The notes below the pieces were generated by a model. That model had not been told where the DNA came from. It ran no database searches and saw only the letters and a program-made list of their open reading frames with translations. From NCBI GenBank assembly GCA_036003765.1, contig DASYSC010000086.1, forward strand, positions 1,158 through 65,157: DNA of 64,000 bases. Direction: 5' to 3'. Every line of letters starts with the position of its first letter. Positions within the stretch are counted from its first letter, which is position 1. The translations under genes and the position numbers were made by a program. The stretch comes from Candidatus Limnocylindria bacterium (GTDB taxonomy: Bacteria > Chloroflexota > Limnocylindria > P2-11E). Positions 1-9,144 of this stretch are shown piece by piece.

Positions 1-1
1 G

Positions 2-523
2 CTCGGGTTCGGAGCCGCGAGCGCGATCGGAGGACTCACGGGCGCGGCTCTCCAGTCCGTTGTGCAGAGCACGGCGCTCGCGGTCATCTTCGGCGCGCTC
101 CTGATCTTCGCCGGCCTGGGGAGCCTCACGGGGTTCGCGCAGCGCATGCGCTTCCGCGGTCGCGTCGCGGCGCTGATCGGCGGGACCGTCTCCGGTCTAC
201 TCGGTGGCCTCGTCGGCAATCAGGGCGGGATCCGCGCCGCGGCGCTGCTCGGATTCGACGTAGAGCGACAGGCTTTCGTTGCGACCGCCACCGCGGTGGC
301 ACTCATCGTCGATGGCGCGCGCATACCGGTCTACATCGCGACACAGGGTGCGGAGCTCGCTTCGCTCTGGGCGCTCATCGTTCTGCTGGCGATCGGCGCG
401 GTGATCGGCACATTCGCCGGCCAGTGGACTCTCCGCAGAATGCCGGAACCAATGTTCCGGCGTGTCGTCGCAGTACTCCTCCTCGGGCTCGGCGCTTACA
501 CCCTCGCGCGCGCGGCATCCTGA
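2..523 (+). CDS. TSUP (TauE/SafE) family membrane transporter, 5' end cut by window edge
   Basis: Reading frame is open from nt 2 into the listed 62..523 ORF. Hydrophobic with Gly-rich motifs AIGGLTG and GLLGGLVGNQGGIRAAALL typical of TSUP repeats. Confidence 0.6.
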   Translation, partial: LGFGAASAIGGLTGAALQSVVQSTALAVIFGALLIFAGLGSLTGFAQRMRFRGRVAALIGGTVSGLLGGLVGNQGGIRAAALLGFDVERQAFVATATAVALIVDGARIPVYIATQGAELASLWALIVLLAIGAVIGTFAGQWTLRRMPEPMFRRVVAVLLLGLGAYTLARAAS

Positions 524-1542
524 AGCAGGTCGGCCACTCGCTTGTCGTAGTCCGCTCCGTACTTGCGAAGCATCCGCGCGACCATGAAGTCGACGAACGG
601 CGCCTTGAGGCCGCTCGTCTTCCACGAGACCGCCGTGTCGACGCGCGTGGTAGACGGCCCCTCGGCCTCGACGCGATCGGTGCGCCAGACGTTCCCGACC
701 ATCGGGAAATCCATCTGCATCGTGATCTCGCGTGGAGCCGAGCAGTCGAGGACCTTGAACACCGCTTTCTGATTCTCGCCATGGATGCAGTGGTACTCCG
801 CGCCCACGAGCGAACCGCGCGCGCCGGCGAAGAAGTCCACGCGCGGGACGCCCATCCATATCTTCCGGAGGTTCGGATCCGTGATGTGGCGAAAGACCTC
901 CTCGGGCGTGCCGGGGAAGCGCGCGGTACTACGGAGCTTCGCCGTCGCCGGGTCCACTTTCGGACGCTCCTCGTCCCAGACCGCCTCCCGGATCGGGCGG
1001 AGGTCGAGGTACGACGCGTCGACGTCCCCCAGGTCGTAGCGCTGGGGAGCCGCGACAAACTCGGCGCGAGCACTCTCCGGCCAAGCCGCGAGCGCAGGCG
1101 CCGTGGCGAGCAGGTACTCGTGACCGGGCACGGTGTTCTTGAGAAGGCGGTGGATCAGGTTCACGTCGTTGCCGTGAAGCTGCACGCGTCCGGCAACCTC
1201 ATAGCGCGAGAAGGTTCCGCGGTGAACGACAAACTTGAGGCCGAGGCTCTGAACGGTGGCGCACGCCCGACACGGGCATGTGGTAGCTGACCGAATGTCC
1301 CGCAAGCGTCCGTGGAACACTCGGAAGGTCTCGCGGAGCCAGTCGATGACTCCGACATCGGTGCGATCGGTCGTGCAGCAGAGCGCGTCGCCCTCGACCT
1401 GGTCGATGGTCAGCTTCCCGCCGAAGCTCCGTGAGATCGCCTCCATGAGCTCGGCGAGGATCTCCTGCGAGTGCTCCTGCTCGGTGCCGGCAACGAAGGC
1501 CGTGTAGCCGGAGATGTCCGCCATGACCAGGAGCCCTTCCAT
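496..1542 (-). CDS. DUF2652 (class III nucleotidyl-cyclase-like) domain fused to a C-terminal SRPBCC ligand-binding domain
   Basis: N-terminus VMADISGYTAF ... QVEGDALCC resembles the cyclase metal-binding FxDxxGFT / GDxxM motifs. The C-terminal ~140 aa (FPGTPEEVFRHITDPNLRKIWMG...) looks like an SRPBCC/polyketide-cyclase fold. Confidence 0.6.
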   Translation of the reverse strand: MEGLLVMADISGYTAFVAGTEQEHSQEILAELMEAISRSFGGKLTIDQVEGDALCCTTDRTDVGVIDWLRETFRVFHGRLRDIRSATTCPCRACATVQSLGLKFVVHRGTFSRYEVAGRVQLHGNDVNLIHRLLKNTVPGHEYLLATAPALAAWPESARAEFVAAPQRYDLGDVDASYLDLRPIREAVWDEERPKVDPATAKLRSTARFPGTPEEVFRHITDPNLRKIWMGVPRVDFFAGARGSLVGAEYHCIHGENQKAVFKVLDCSAPREITMQMDFPMVGNVWRTDRVEAEGPSTTRVDTAVSWKTSGLKAPFVDFMVARMLRKYGADYDKRVADLLQDAARARV

Positions 1543-1583
1543 CCGATCAGATGGTACGAGCGCGCCGCGCGCTCGGATGGCTG

Positions 1584-2921
1584 CTAGACGCCTCCGAGGC
1601 GCAGCCGGAATCGCGCCCCGCCGTCGCTCGGCCGCTCGAGGATGACGGACCCGCCGTGCGATTCGGCCACGTCCTTCACGATCGAAAGCCCGAGACCGGA
1701 GCCCGGCAGGTGATGCGCGTCACTTGACCGCCAGAACCGATCGAACACTCGCGACGCGTCTTCCGCGGCCACGCCCGGACCGTGGTCGCGCACGGAGACC
1801 TCGCCGTTCGCGACGCTCACCTCGACGAGCGCGCCTGGCGGGCTCCACTTCGCCGCGTTGTCGAAGAGATTGGTGATCGCGCGCGTGACGCGGACCTTCA
1901 CGCCGTTGACCGTTGTCGGCGCCGCGGTCACGGCGAAGCGCACCTTCGGGTAGCGCATCTTCATGTCATCGACTACCTCGGCGACAACATCGTCCAGTCG
2001 CAGCTTCTCGAAGGGCATCGGCGTCTCTTCATCGCGGGCGACCTCGATGAGGTCGCCGACGAGCGTGGTGAGTCGCTCCATCTGCGTGACGAGATCGGCG
2101 AGCATCTGCTGCCGCTCGGCCGGGTCGGCCGGCTGTCCGCGCTCGAGGAGCTCGAGGTTCGTGCGAAGGCTCGTCAGCGGCGTGCGCAGCTCGTGCGAGG
2201 CATCTGCCACGAGCTGTCGCTGCGAGCGGAGTGACACCTCGAGCTGGCCAAGCATCGCGTCGAAGCTCGTCCCGAGCCGGCTCAGCTCGTCCCGGCCTTG
2301 CGCGGCCACGCGGCGCGAGAGATCGCGCGTGCGCGTGACCTCCTCGACGGTCGCGGTGAGGCGCTTCACAGGTGACAGCGCGGCGCGCGCGATCAAAGCG
2401 CCGAGCGCCGCGGCGAGCAGGATCGCGCCGCCCGCGAAGGCAATGAGCAGGAGACGTGTTTGCCCGAGTGCGCCGTCCACGAGGTCGAGCTCTTGAACGG
2501 TCTCGATCGCGCCACCGCCCTGGATCGGCACGACGAACACGCGAAGGCGCGCGTTCTGCGCCTCCGCCGTCGCCGTGAACCCGGCGCCCCTGCCGGCCGC
2601 GACGTCCTTTACTGACTGCGGCACCAGTGCCGTCTGAGGCTTCTCGAAGTCGGTCCTCACGATGGTGCCGCTGCTGTTGATGATCTGCGCGTAGATGTCT
2701 GAGCGACCGGTCATGAATTGCGACGGGGGGCCGAATCGAGGCGGCCGGTCACCGGGTCCAGGACCGCCGCGCGCCGCGGTCTGAGCCGCCGCTTGAAGAT
2801 TCTGGTCGACCTGGTTGATGAGCTGGTCCTGCACCACGAAGTACATCGCGATCGCGGCGGCGATCGCGGCGACCGCGACCGCCGCCGCGGTCAGCAGCGT
2901 GACGCGCAGCCGGAAGCTCAA
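1584..2921 (-). CDS. Sensor histidine kinase (TM-HAMP-HisKA-HATPase)
   Basis: H-box ASHELRTPLTSL and G-box GSGLGLSIV, with an N-terminal TM segment LTAAAVAVAAIAAAIAMYFVV. The likely TTG start at 2921 overlaps the response-regulator stop (TTGA); the listed 528-aa ORF is over-extended. Confidence 0.85.
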   Translation of the reverse strand: MSFRLRVTLLTAAAVAVAAIAAAIAMYFVVQDQLINQVDQNLQAAAQTAARGGPGPGDRPPRFGPPSQFMTGRSDIYAQIINSSGTIVRTDFEKPQTALVPQSVKDVAAGRGAGFTATAEAQNARLRVFVVPIQGGGAIETVQELDLVDGALGQTRLLLIAFAGGAILLAAALGALIARAALSPVKRLTATVEEVTRTRDLSRRVAAQGRDELSRLGTSFDAMLGQLEVSLRSQRQLVADASHELRTPLTSLRTNLELLERGQPADPAERQQMLADLVTQMERLTTLVGDLIEVARDEETPMPFEKLRLDDVVAEVVDDMKMRYPKVRFAVTAAPTTVNGVKVRVTRAITNLFDNAAKWSPPGALVEVSVANGEVSVRDHGPGVAAEDASRVFDRFWRSSDAHHLPGSGLGLSIVKDVAESHGGSVILERPSDGGARFRLRLGGV

Positions 2922-3595
2922 GCTTCCTTCATCACGTAGCCGACCCCGCGCACCGTCTGGATGACGCGCGATTCGCCGCCCTGCTCGAGCTTGCGGCGGA
3001 GATAGCCGACATACACGTCCAGTGAGTTGGAGTCGGGGCCGAAGTCGTAGCCCCACACGCGATCGAAGATGACGTCGCGCGGGAGCACTTTCCGCGGGTT
3101 CGCGATGAAGAGCTCGAGGAGCGAGTACTCGGTGCGAGTGAGCGGGATCAACCGGTCGCCGCGGCGGCACTCCATCGCGTCGCGGTCGAGTGTGATGTCC
3201 ATGAAGTGCAACGCTCCGCGCCCATGCGCTCCGTCCTCGCCGCGCCGGCCGAGCGCCCGGATCCGCGCGAGGAGCTCATCCAGCGCGAACGGCTTCACGA
3301 GGTAGTCGTCCGCGCCTGCATCGAGCCCTTCCACGCGATCCCGCACGGCGGCGCGCGCGGTGAGCATGAGGACGGGTACCTGGTTGCCGGAGGCGCGAAG
3401 GCGCCGGCAGACCTCGACGCCATCGAGGCCCGGAAGACCGAGGTCGAGGACGACCGCGTCGTAGGGGTTGGTCATCGCCAGCTCCAGACCCGTGGGGCCT
3501 TCTTTGGCGAGGTCGGCCTTGTGGCCCGCGCCACGCAGCGCGCGCTCGACCGCGTCCCGTACAGCGGGTTCGTCCTCGACGAGGAGGACGCGCAC
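2918..3595 (-). CDS. OmpR-family response regulator
   Basis: Receiver domain (MRVLLVEDE..., DLGLPGLDG, KPF) plus winged-helix output (TRTEYSLLELF, VRGVGY). Confidence 0.9.
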   Translation of the reverse strand: MRVLLVEDEPAVRDAVERALRGAGHKADLAKEGPTGLELAMTNPYDAVVLDLGLPGLDGVEVCRRLRASGNQVPVLMLTARAAVRDRVEGLDAGADDYLVKPFALDELLARIRALGRRGEDGAHGRGALHFMDITLDRDAMECRRGDRLIPLTRTEYSLLELFIANPRKVLPRDVIFDRVWGYDFGPDSNSLDVYVGYLRRKLEQGGESRVIQTVRGVGYVMKEA

Positions 3596-3738
3596 GACGT
3601 CGAGTTTACGGGCGGAATCGCTAAAAACGCGCTAAGGAACCGCCCTCTTAACCAACTCTGAAGTTCGTCTCATGCAACGGGCGCTGCCGGGCAGTTCTCT
3701 AGTGCAAGACACGACCTCCAGAAGGGGGCATCCATCGC

Positions 3739-4443
3739 ATGAAAAATATGGACTTGGCGAAGGTGCTGCTCGTCGCGGCGGTCATAGGCCTCGGCCTGTC
3801 CGGCGGATTCGCCGCCGCGGCCTTCCTGCCCGGAGGCACTCCCGGGACCGTGGCGCAGATCTGGGACAACACTGTCGGGCGCGCGCTCCAGAACGGCCCG
3901 GGCGACAAGGGGTCGCTCTTCACCGCGGCAGCGACGTACATCGGGATCACCGAGGCGCAGCTCCGGACCGAGCTCGGCACGGACAAGAGCCTCGCCGACG
4001 TCGCCATCGCCCACGGCAAGACGCGCGACGGACTGATCGCCGCGCTCACGGCGGCGCAGCAGCAAAGCATCACCGCGCTTGTCGATCGGAAGGGCCTCGG
4101 CGCGCGTCCGAACCCAGGTCCCGGATTCGGTCGCCGACCTGGCGACGTCGCCGGTGACCCGTTCGCGGCGGCCGCGACGTACCTCGGAATCTCCACGGCC
4201 GATCTCCGAACCAAGGTGACGGCGGGCCAAACCCTCGCGCAGATCGCGAACGCGACGCCGGGCAAGAGCCGGGATGGCCTCGTGGCCGCGCTCGTCGCCG
4301 ACTCGACGGCGAAGATCGACGCCGCGCAAAAGGCCGGCACGATCACCGCGGCGCGGGCGACGGAGCTCAAGTCGAACCTCGCAAGCCGCATCGCTCAGCT
4401 GGTCGATTCCACTCACCCCTTCCCCGGACGCCGCGGCCCCTAG
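3739..4443 (+). CDS. Membrane-anchored/secreted protein with an internal ~55-aa duplication
   Basis: Signal/anchor segment LLVAAVIGLGLSGGFAAAAF. Two copies of AAATY(I/L)GI(T/S)xAxLRTxxxxxxxLAxxAxxxGK(T/S)RDGL(I/V)AAL. Confidence 0.6.
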   Translation: MKNMDLAKVLLVAAVIGLGLSGGFAAAAFLPGGTPGTVAQIWDNTVGRALQNGPGDKGSLFTAAATYIGITEAQLRTELGTDKSLADVAIAHGKTRDGLIAALTAAQQQSITALVDRKGLGARPNPGPGFGRRPGDVAGDPFAAAATYLGISTADLRTKVTAGQTLAQIANATPGKSRDGLVAALVADSTAKIDAAQKAGTITAARATELKSNLASRIAQLVDSTHPFPGRRGP

Positions 4444-4501
4444 AGCACCCAGCCCTCCGACCGAAGGCTCACGTATTTCCCCAGTACTTGACGAGCCAAG
4501 G

Positions 4502-4520
4502 TACTGTGCGCTACACAGTA
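4502..4520. promoter_or_regulatory. Inverted repeat TACTGTG-N5-CACAGTA, candidate PadR autoregulatory operator
   Basis: Perfect 7-bp arms 6 nt upstream of the ATG at 4527. A TTGACG hexamer lies at 4488-4493. Confidence 0.45.
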
Positions 4521-4526
4521 GCCGGC

Positions 4527-4883
4527 ATGAGCTGGGACGAACGCGAGGCAGCCGAGTGGCTGGTTCAGCTCCGCCGTGGGGTCCTCGAGCTCTGCGTCAT
4601 GAGCGCGATAGCCGACGACCCGCGCTACGGCTACGAGCTCGTGTCCGAGCTTGCTGCGAGCGAGCCGCTCGCCGCGATGGAAGGGACGGTCTATCCACTG
4701 CTTCGGCGGCTGCGGCAGGCCGGCTTCGTGGAGACGTCGTGGCAGGAGTCGCCAGCGGGTCCGCCGCGGCAGTATTACCGCCTCGCTCCGGTCGGCCGGC
4801 GAGCGCTCCGCGGCATGCGTCGATCCTGGCGCGAGCTCGTCTCCGCGGTCGACCGTTTCACCAGGGAGGAGGCCATTGCATGA
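4527..4883 (+). CDS. PadR family transcriptional regulator
   Basis: YGYELVSEL ... GTVYPLLRRLRQAGFVETSWQES...RQYYRLAP is the PadR winged helix. ATG 4527 is preferred over the listed TTG 4488 because of the operator-like repeat. Confidence 0.8.
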   Translation: MSWDEREAAEWLVQLRRGVLELCVMSAIADDPRYGYELVSELAASEPLAAMEGTVYPLLRRLRQAGFVETSWQESPAGPPRQYYRLAPVGRRALRGMRRSWRELVSAVDRFTREEAIA

Positions 4884-5433
4884 AGCAGACCCCTCTGCGG
4901 AGTACCTGCGTCGCTTTCACGATGCCCTCCACGTCCTCGGCGTGAGCGATCGCGACGAGCTCGTCGCTGAGATCGAGAGCCACCTCGCCGAAGCCGAGCG
5001 GGCCGGCCAGGCGCCCTGGGTCGTCACCGCACGGCTCGGCGATCCGCACCGGCTGGCGCGGGCTTTCGCCGCGAGCTCCCTCCTTGCCGACGGCGGCGGC
5101 AGCTCGGCGCTCCGCAGCGTGCGAGCCGCGACGTTCCTCGCAACGACGAGCCTCGCGAGCATGCTCCTTGTGCCGCTGCTGCTGGTCCTCGCCCTCGGTT
5201 TCGTCATCTCCGGCGCGATCGGCCTGTTCTTCGGGGTCGCGGCGTTCTTCCTTTCGCCCGCCGCCGTGTCGATCAGCACCCCGACGTACGAGGCAGCGGC
5301 TGCGTCGGTCGCCCTCGGTATCGCCTTCGTCGGCCTTGCGGTGCTCGCGGCGCGCGCGCTGCGCTCGTATCTCCGCTTCGCCGCGCGCACCGTCCGCTCG
5401 GCGGCGATGCGGCTCAGCGCGGACGGCGCTTAG
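4876..5433 (+). CDS. PadR-associated membrane protein (DUF1700/HAAS-type N-terminal helix plus TM segments)
   Basis: AEYLRRFHDALHVLGVSDRDELVAEIESHLAEA is followed by three or four hydrophobic helices. A TTG start overlaps the PadR 3' end by 8 nt. Confidence 0.6.
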   Translation: MHEADPSAEYLRRFHDALHVLGVSDRDELVAEIESHLAEAERAGQAPWVVTARLGDPHRLARAFAASSLLADGGGSSALRSVRAATFLATTSLASMLLVPLLLVLALGFVISGAIGLFFGVAAFFLSPAAVSISTPTYEAAAASVALGIAFVGLAVLAARALRSYLRFAARTVRSAAMRLSADGA

Positions 5434-5466
5434 CGGCGCCACCGCCGCGGGCGGCATGCTATCGCG

Positions 5467-7053
5467 GTGACGTCAAGCGTCGCCCGTGCGGTAGGTGATC
5501 GCCTGCGGGCGGCCGGCATCCGCCATGTCTACGGCCATCCCGGCGGCGAGGTGGTCGATCTCATCGAGGGATTCCGCCAGGCGGGCCTCGAGTTCGTGCT
5601 GACGAAGCACGAGACGGCCGCGGCGTTCATGGCCGAGGCGGGCGCGACGCTGACAGGCGTTCCCGGTGTCTGCCTCGCCACGCTCGGTCCAGGCGCGACG
5701 AACCTCGTGACCGGGATCGCACACGCGTACCTGGACCGCGCGCCGGTCCTCGCGTTCAGCGGCCAGCTCCCGGCGGAGCGCTACGAGATCACGACCCACC
5801 AGCGCCTCGATCTCGGCGCTCTGTTCGCTCCGATCACGAAATGGCACGCGACGCTGTCGCCGGCCAACGCAGCGCCGGTCGTCGAACGGGCGCTCCGGAC
5901 AGCGCAGCGTCCACGTCGCGGTCCGGTCTACATCCAGGTCCCCAGCGATGTCCCCAAGCAGCCGACCGTTGACGTCGCGCTCCCCCGTTTCGTCACCGAG
6001 CCGAGCAGTGCGATCGACGAGGACGCGGTGCGGACGGCCGCCGCCCGCCTTCGGGGAAGCGAACGGCCGCTGCTGCTGGTGGGAATGGACGCGAACGAGG
6101 ACGCGGTCGCCGGCCCCCTTCGCGCACTCGCGGAGGCGCTCGGCGTCCCGGTGATGGTCAGCCCGAAGGCGAAGGGCGTTTTCCCAGAGGACCACGAGCT
6201 CTTCCTGGGGACCATTGAAGGACTCGGCACGGCGTACCTCTACGACTACATCGACACCTGCGACCTGCTGTTGATGGTGGGGTTCGACCCGGTCGAATTC
6301 GATCGCGACTGGGCCGCGAAGGCGCGCATCGTCCATGTCGGTCCCCTGCCCAACGACGATCGCTATTACGGCAGCGAGGTGGAGGTGGTGGGGCCGATCG
6401 ACGTCGCGCTCGAACGGCTTCGCGCGAGCTCGGAGCACCGGCCGAGGGTCGCGCGCGACGAGGTGCGCGCGTTCCGCGACGCGTTCACCGAGCGCGTGCG
6501 ACCGAGCGCTCGCGGGCTGACCGCGCAGCAGGTGCTCGCCGAGCTGCGAGACGTCTTGCCTCGGGACGCTCTCATCAGCTGCGACGTCGGCTTCAACAAG
6601 GCCGTCTCCGCGCAGTGCTGGCCGGCCTACCGGCCGCGCACCTTCTTCGTCTCGAACGGACTGTCTTCGATGGGATACGGGCTCCCGGCCGCACTCGGGC
6701 TCAAGCTCGCGGATCCGGCGCGCCAGGTCGCGTGCGTCCTCGGCGACGGCGGCTTCGCCATGTCGATGGCCGAGCTCGAGACCGGCGTGCGGCTTGGACT
6801 GGGTGTCACCGTGGTCGTTCTCGCCGACGATGCGCTGTCGCAGATCAAGGCCGGCCAGGAGCGCAAGGGCTACCCGGTGACGGGCACGACGTTCGGCCCG
6901 CTCGACTACGCCAAACTCGCCGCCGCATTCGGGATCGATGGGATCGAGGTCAGCAACGCCGCCGACTGCCGCAAAGCGTTTCAGGCGCCGCACAGCGACC
7001 GCCCGCTCCTCGTCGCAGCGCGTGTCGACCCTAGCGGCTACCGCGTGGCTTAA
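5467..7053 (+). CDS. Thiamine-pyrophosphate enzyme, acetolactate-synthase large-subunit-like
   Basis: N-terminal HVYGHPGGEVVDL, central domain and TPP-binding motif LGDGGFAMSMAELET. Confidence 0.8.
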   Translation: MTSSVARAVGDRLRAAGIRHVYGHPGGEVVDLIEGFRQAGLEFVLTKHETAAAFMAEAGATLTGVPGVCLATLGPGATNLVTGIAHAYLDRAPVLAFSGQLPAERYEITTHQRLDLGALFAPITKWHATLSPANAAPVVERALRTAQRPRRGPVYIQVPSDVPKQPTVDVALPRFVTEPSSAIDEDAVRTAAARLRGSERPLLLVGMDANEDAVAGPLRALAEALGVPVMVSPKAKGVFPEDHELFLGTIEGLGTAYLYDYIDTCDLLLMVGFDPVEFDRDWAAKARIVHVGPLPNDDRYYGSEVEVVGPIDVALERLRASSEHRPRVARDEVRAFRDAFTERVRPSARGLTAQQVLAELRDVLPRDALISCDVGFNKAVSAQCWPAYRPRTFFVSNGLSSMGYGLPAALGLKLADPARQVACVLGDGGFAMSMAELETGVRLGLGVTVVVLADDALSQIKAGQERKGYPVTGTTFGPLDYAKLAAAFGIDGIEVSNAADCRKAFQAPHSDRPLLVAARVDPSGYRVA

Positions 7054-8114
7054 CGAAACGCGACGTGGCAGTGCGTGCAGCTCCGTGGATCGAGACCGTT
7101 CAGGTGCGCGCCGCAGACCGGACAGCGCCAGTTGAACCGGCTGAAGGCGATCGTCGCGAGGATGAAGCCGAAGGCCGTCGTGTATGGGACCTCCTGCGGT
7201 AAGCCCAGCAACGCGGCGGCCGCGGCGGCCGCGAGACCGAGGACTATGAGGAGGAGCGTCACCGGGAGCTGACGCGCGCGGAGGGCACGGTACGAGCGCA
7301 CGACGTCGCGATGCGCCGCGCGCTCGCCCATCTTCCGGAGCTTCGCCGCGCGGAACGGGGAGGCGAGCAGCGCCCGGCCGAGCAGCGTGAGATACCGCTC
7401 GATCCCGGCGATCCAGACGAGCCACGTGATCCAACCGACGGCAAGCCCGAGCTCCTGGAGGAAGAGCGGGAAGTTGTATGCGGTGTGAAAGCTCGCCGCG
7501 AGCAGGATCCCGCCGATGAGCATCCGGCCTGAGCCCTTCTCGAGGTAGTGGCGCGAGAGGAACCATCCGGTGATACCCGACCACGTGATGTGGCCGATCG
7601 TGCTCAGGAGGGCACGGAGCGGCGCGGTCACAAGGAACGCGTTGATCACGGCGAGGGCCAGGCCCGGCCGCGTCGTGTCCGCCAGAAGCCCGAAGTACGT
7701 GTTGAGGATGTACACCGCGTTCTCGCCCGCGGAGAAGCCGATCGCGGCGGTGCTCATGTAGATCATGCCGTCGACCGGCTCGTTGAATGCGGGATCACCC
7801 CGAACACGGCTCGAGACCACGACGTATTTCATGACCTCTTCGTTCAATGCCGAGAGCGCGACGAGCAGGAAAAGCAGGAACGCCGCGACGAGGAACGATC
7901 CGTCTTCGCGCGCTCGCTCGACCGGAGGCGTGAAGAGATGGGCGATGAGGATGTTCATCCCCGATGCCCACGGGCCCGCCGCCAGGCCCCAGAGGAAGAG
8001 TCGCGCGATGAGGGCCTTGGGCTCGGGCTCGAAGCGGTCCCGCCGGTAGATGAAGACGAGCCAGAGCAGGGCTGGGACAAATGCGGCGATGAACGCGAGG
8101 GCCACGATCGCCAC
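7050..8114 (-). CDS. PrsW-family intramembrane protease with extra C-terminal TM pair and zinc-ribbon
   Basis: PrsW motifs NEEVMKY (EExxK) and FHTAYNF (HxxxN). C-terminus has WRCPVCGAHLNGLDPRSCTHCHVAF (CxxC...CxxC). Confidence 0.7.
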   Translation of the reverse strand: MAIVALAFIAAFVPALLWLVFIYRRDRFEPEPKALIARLFLWGLAAGPWASGMNILIAHLFTPPVERAREDGSFLVAAFLLFLLVALSALNEEVMKYVVVSSRVRGDPAFNEPVDGMIYMSTAAIGFSAGENAVYILNTYFGLLADTTRPGLALAVINAFLVTAPLRALLSTIGHITWSGITGWFLSRHYLEKGSGRMLIGGILLAASFHTAYNFPLFLQELGLAVGWITWLVWIAGIERYLTLLGRALLASPFRAAKLRKMGERAAHRDVVRSYRALRARQLPVTLLLIVLGLAAAAAAALLGLPQEVPYTTAFGFILATIAFSRFNWRCPVCGAHLNGLDPRSCTHCHVAFR

Positions 8115-8144
8115 TGCGGCACTCTGGCACGCCTGTCCAGCGCG

Positions 8145-8470
8145 TTAGATGTTTTTCACCACCGCGCTGACCTTTTTGAAGCGGAGCGTGGTCCAGGTTT
8201 CGTCGATCTTCGCGAAGGCCACCGGCTTGTAGCCGGTCTGGCCCGTGATCTCACCGAGCACGTCGCGATGCTTCCACCACGGAGTCGCCGGGAGATCGGT
8301 GACCGCCTTGGTCTTTCCGCCCTTGGGATAGGCGACCCAGAGTACTCGCGCGCGAACACCTGCACGAAGTCCAAGTCACGCGATGGTCGCGACAGGAGGC
8401 ACGCGCCGTCCGGCAGGGGTCTGAGCTTGCGGAGACATCCATTGGGCGGGTTGATGACGGCAGCGCGCAT
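8145..8470 (-). pseudogene. Frameshifted small gene (DUF3052-like?)
   Basis: The N-terminal half reads in one frame (MRAAVINPP...DLDFVQVFARE). The C-terminal half reads in another (VLWVAYPKGGKTKAVTDLPATPWWKHRDVLGEITGQTGYKPVAFAKIDETWTTLRFKKVSAVVKNI*). The junction is near 8340-8355. Confidence 0.55.
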
Positions 8471-8510
8471 CTTCGGACCCAGGCGCAGCTTCCGCGCGAG
8501 CGCGGTCGTG

Positions 8511-9116
8511 CTAGCGGACCTTCACGCGGTCCGCGAAGTATTTGCGGACCTTCTGCACCTTCGGCGCGGCGTTGAAGAGGATGTACGGCTCGAGCGGGTT
8601 GCGCTCAGCGTAGTCCTGGTGGTAGTCCTCGCCCTCGTAGAAGCGCTCTAGCGGCACGAGCTCGGTGACGATCGGCGCGTCGAACACGTGCGCGCGGTCG
8701 AGCTGCGCGATGTACGCCTCGGCCGTGCGCTTCTGCTCGTCGTTCGCGTAGAAGATCACCGAGCGGTACTGCTTGCCCACGTCTGGACCCTGACGGTCGC
8801 GCGTGGTCGGGTCGTGCGCGATCGAGAAGAAGACCTTGAGCAGCTGGCCGTAGCTCACTTTTGAGGGGTCAAAACGGATCTCGACCGCTTCGGCGTGACC
8901 GGTGCGGCCGGACGACACGGTGGAGTAGTCAGCCGTCTCAGCGGAGCCGCCGGCGTACCCCGAGACGACCGAACGCACACCGTCCAGCTGCTTGTACACC
9001 GCCTCGACGCACCAGAAGCAGCCCCCCGCGAGAACGGCCGTGGCCTCGCCGTTCTGGGCGGGGACCGGCGAATCGACCTCGGGGCCGGGGAACTTCTCGG
9101 GGGAGACCACGACCAT
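8511..9116 (-). CDS. msrA: Peptide-methionine (S)-S-oxide reductase
   Basis: Active-site [11 protein letters not shown], then [12 protein letters not shown] and YHQDY. An internal ATG at 9116 is preferred; the listed ORF start at 9251 overlaps the divergent gene. Confidence 0.85.
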   Translation of the reverse strand: MVVVSPEKFPGPEVDSPVPAQNGEATAVLAGGCFWCVEAVYKQLDGVRSVVSGYAGGSAETADYSTVSSGRTGHAEAVEIRFDPSKVSYGQLLKVFFSIAHDPTTRDRQGPDVGKQYRSVIFYANDEQKRTAEAYIAQLDRAHVFDAPIVTELVPLERFYEGEDYHQDYAERNPLEPYILFNAAPKVQKVRKYFADRVKVR

Positions 9117-9144
9117 GGAACTGTAGGCTCCCGCAGTCCATTCC

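Noticed and set aside
5473-7584. 703-aa ORF antisense to the TPP enzyme and PrsW genes
   Set aside because: Extremely Arg/Pro/Gly/Ala-rich with no recognisable motifs, and it lies antisense to two genes with clear family signatures. This is a typical high-GC stop-free artefact.
8156-8470. 104-aa ORF as an intact gene
   Set aside because: Its C-terminal 60 aa are low-complexity Arg/Ser/Pro sequence, while a clean conserved-looking continuation exists in another frame. It is treated as a frameshifted gene instead.
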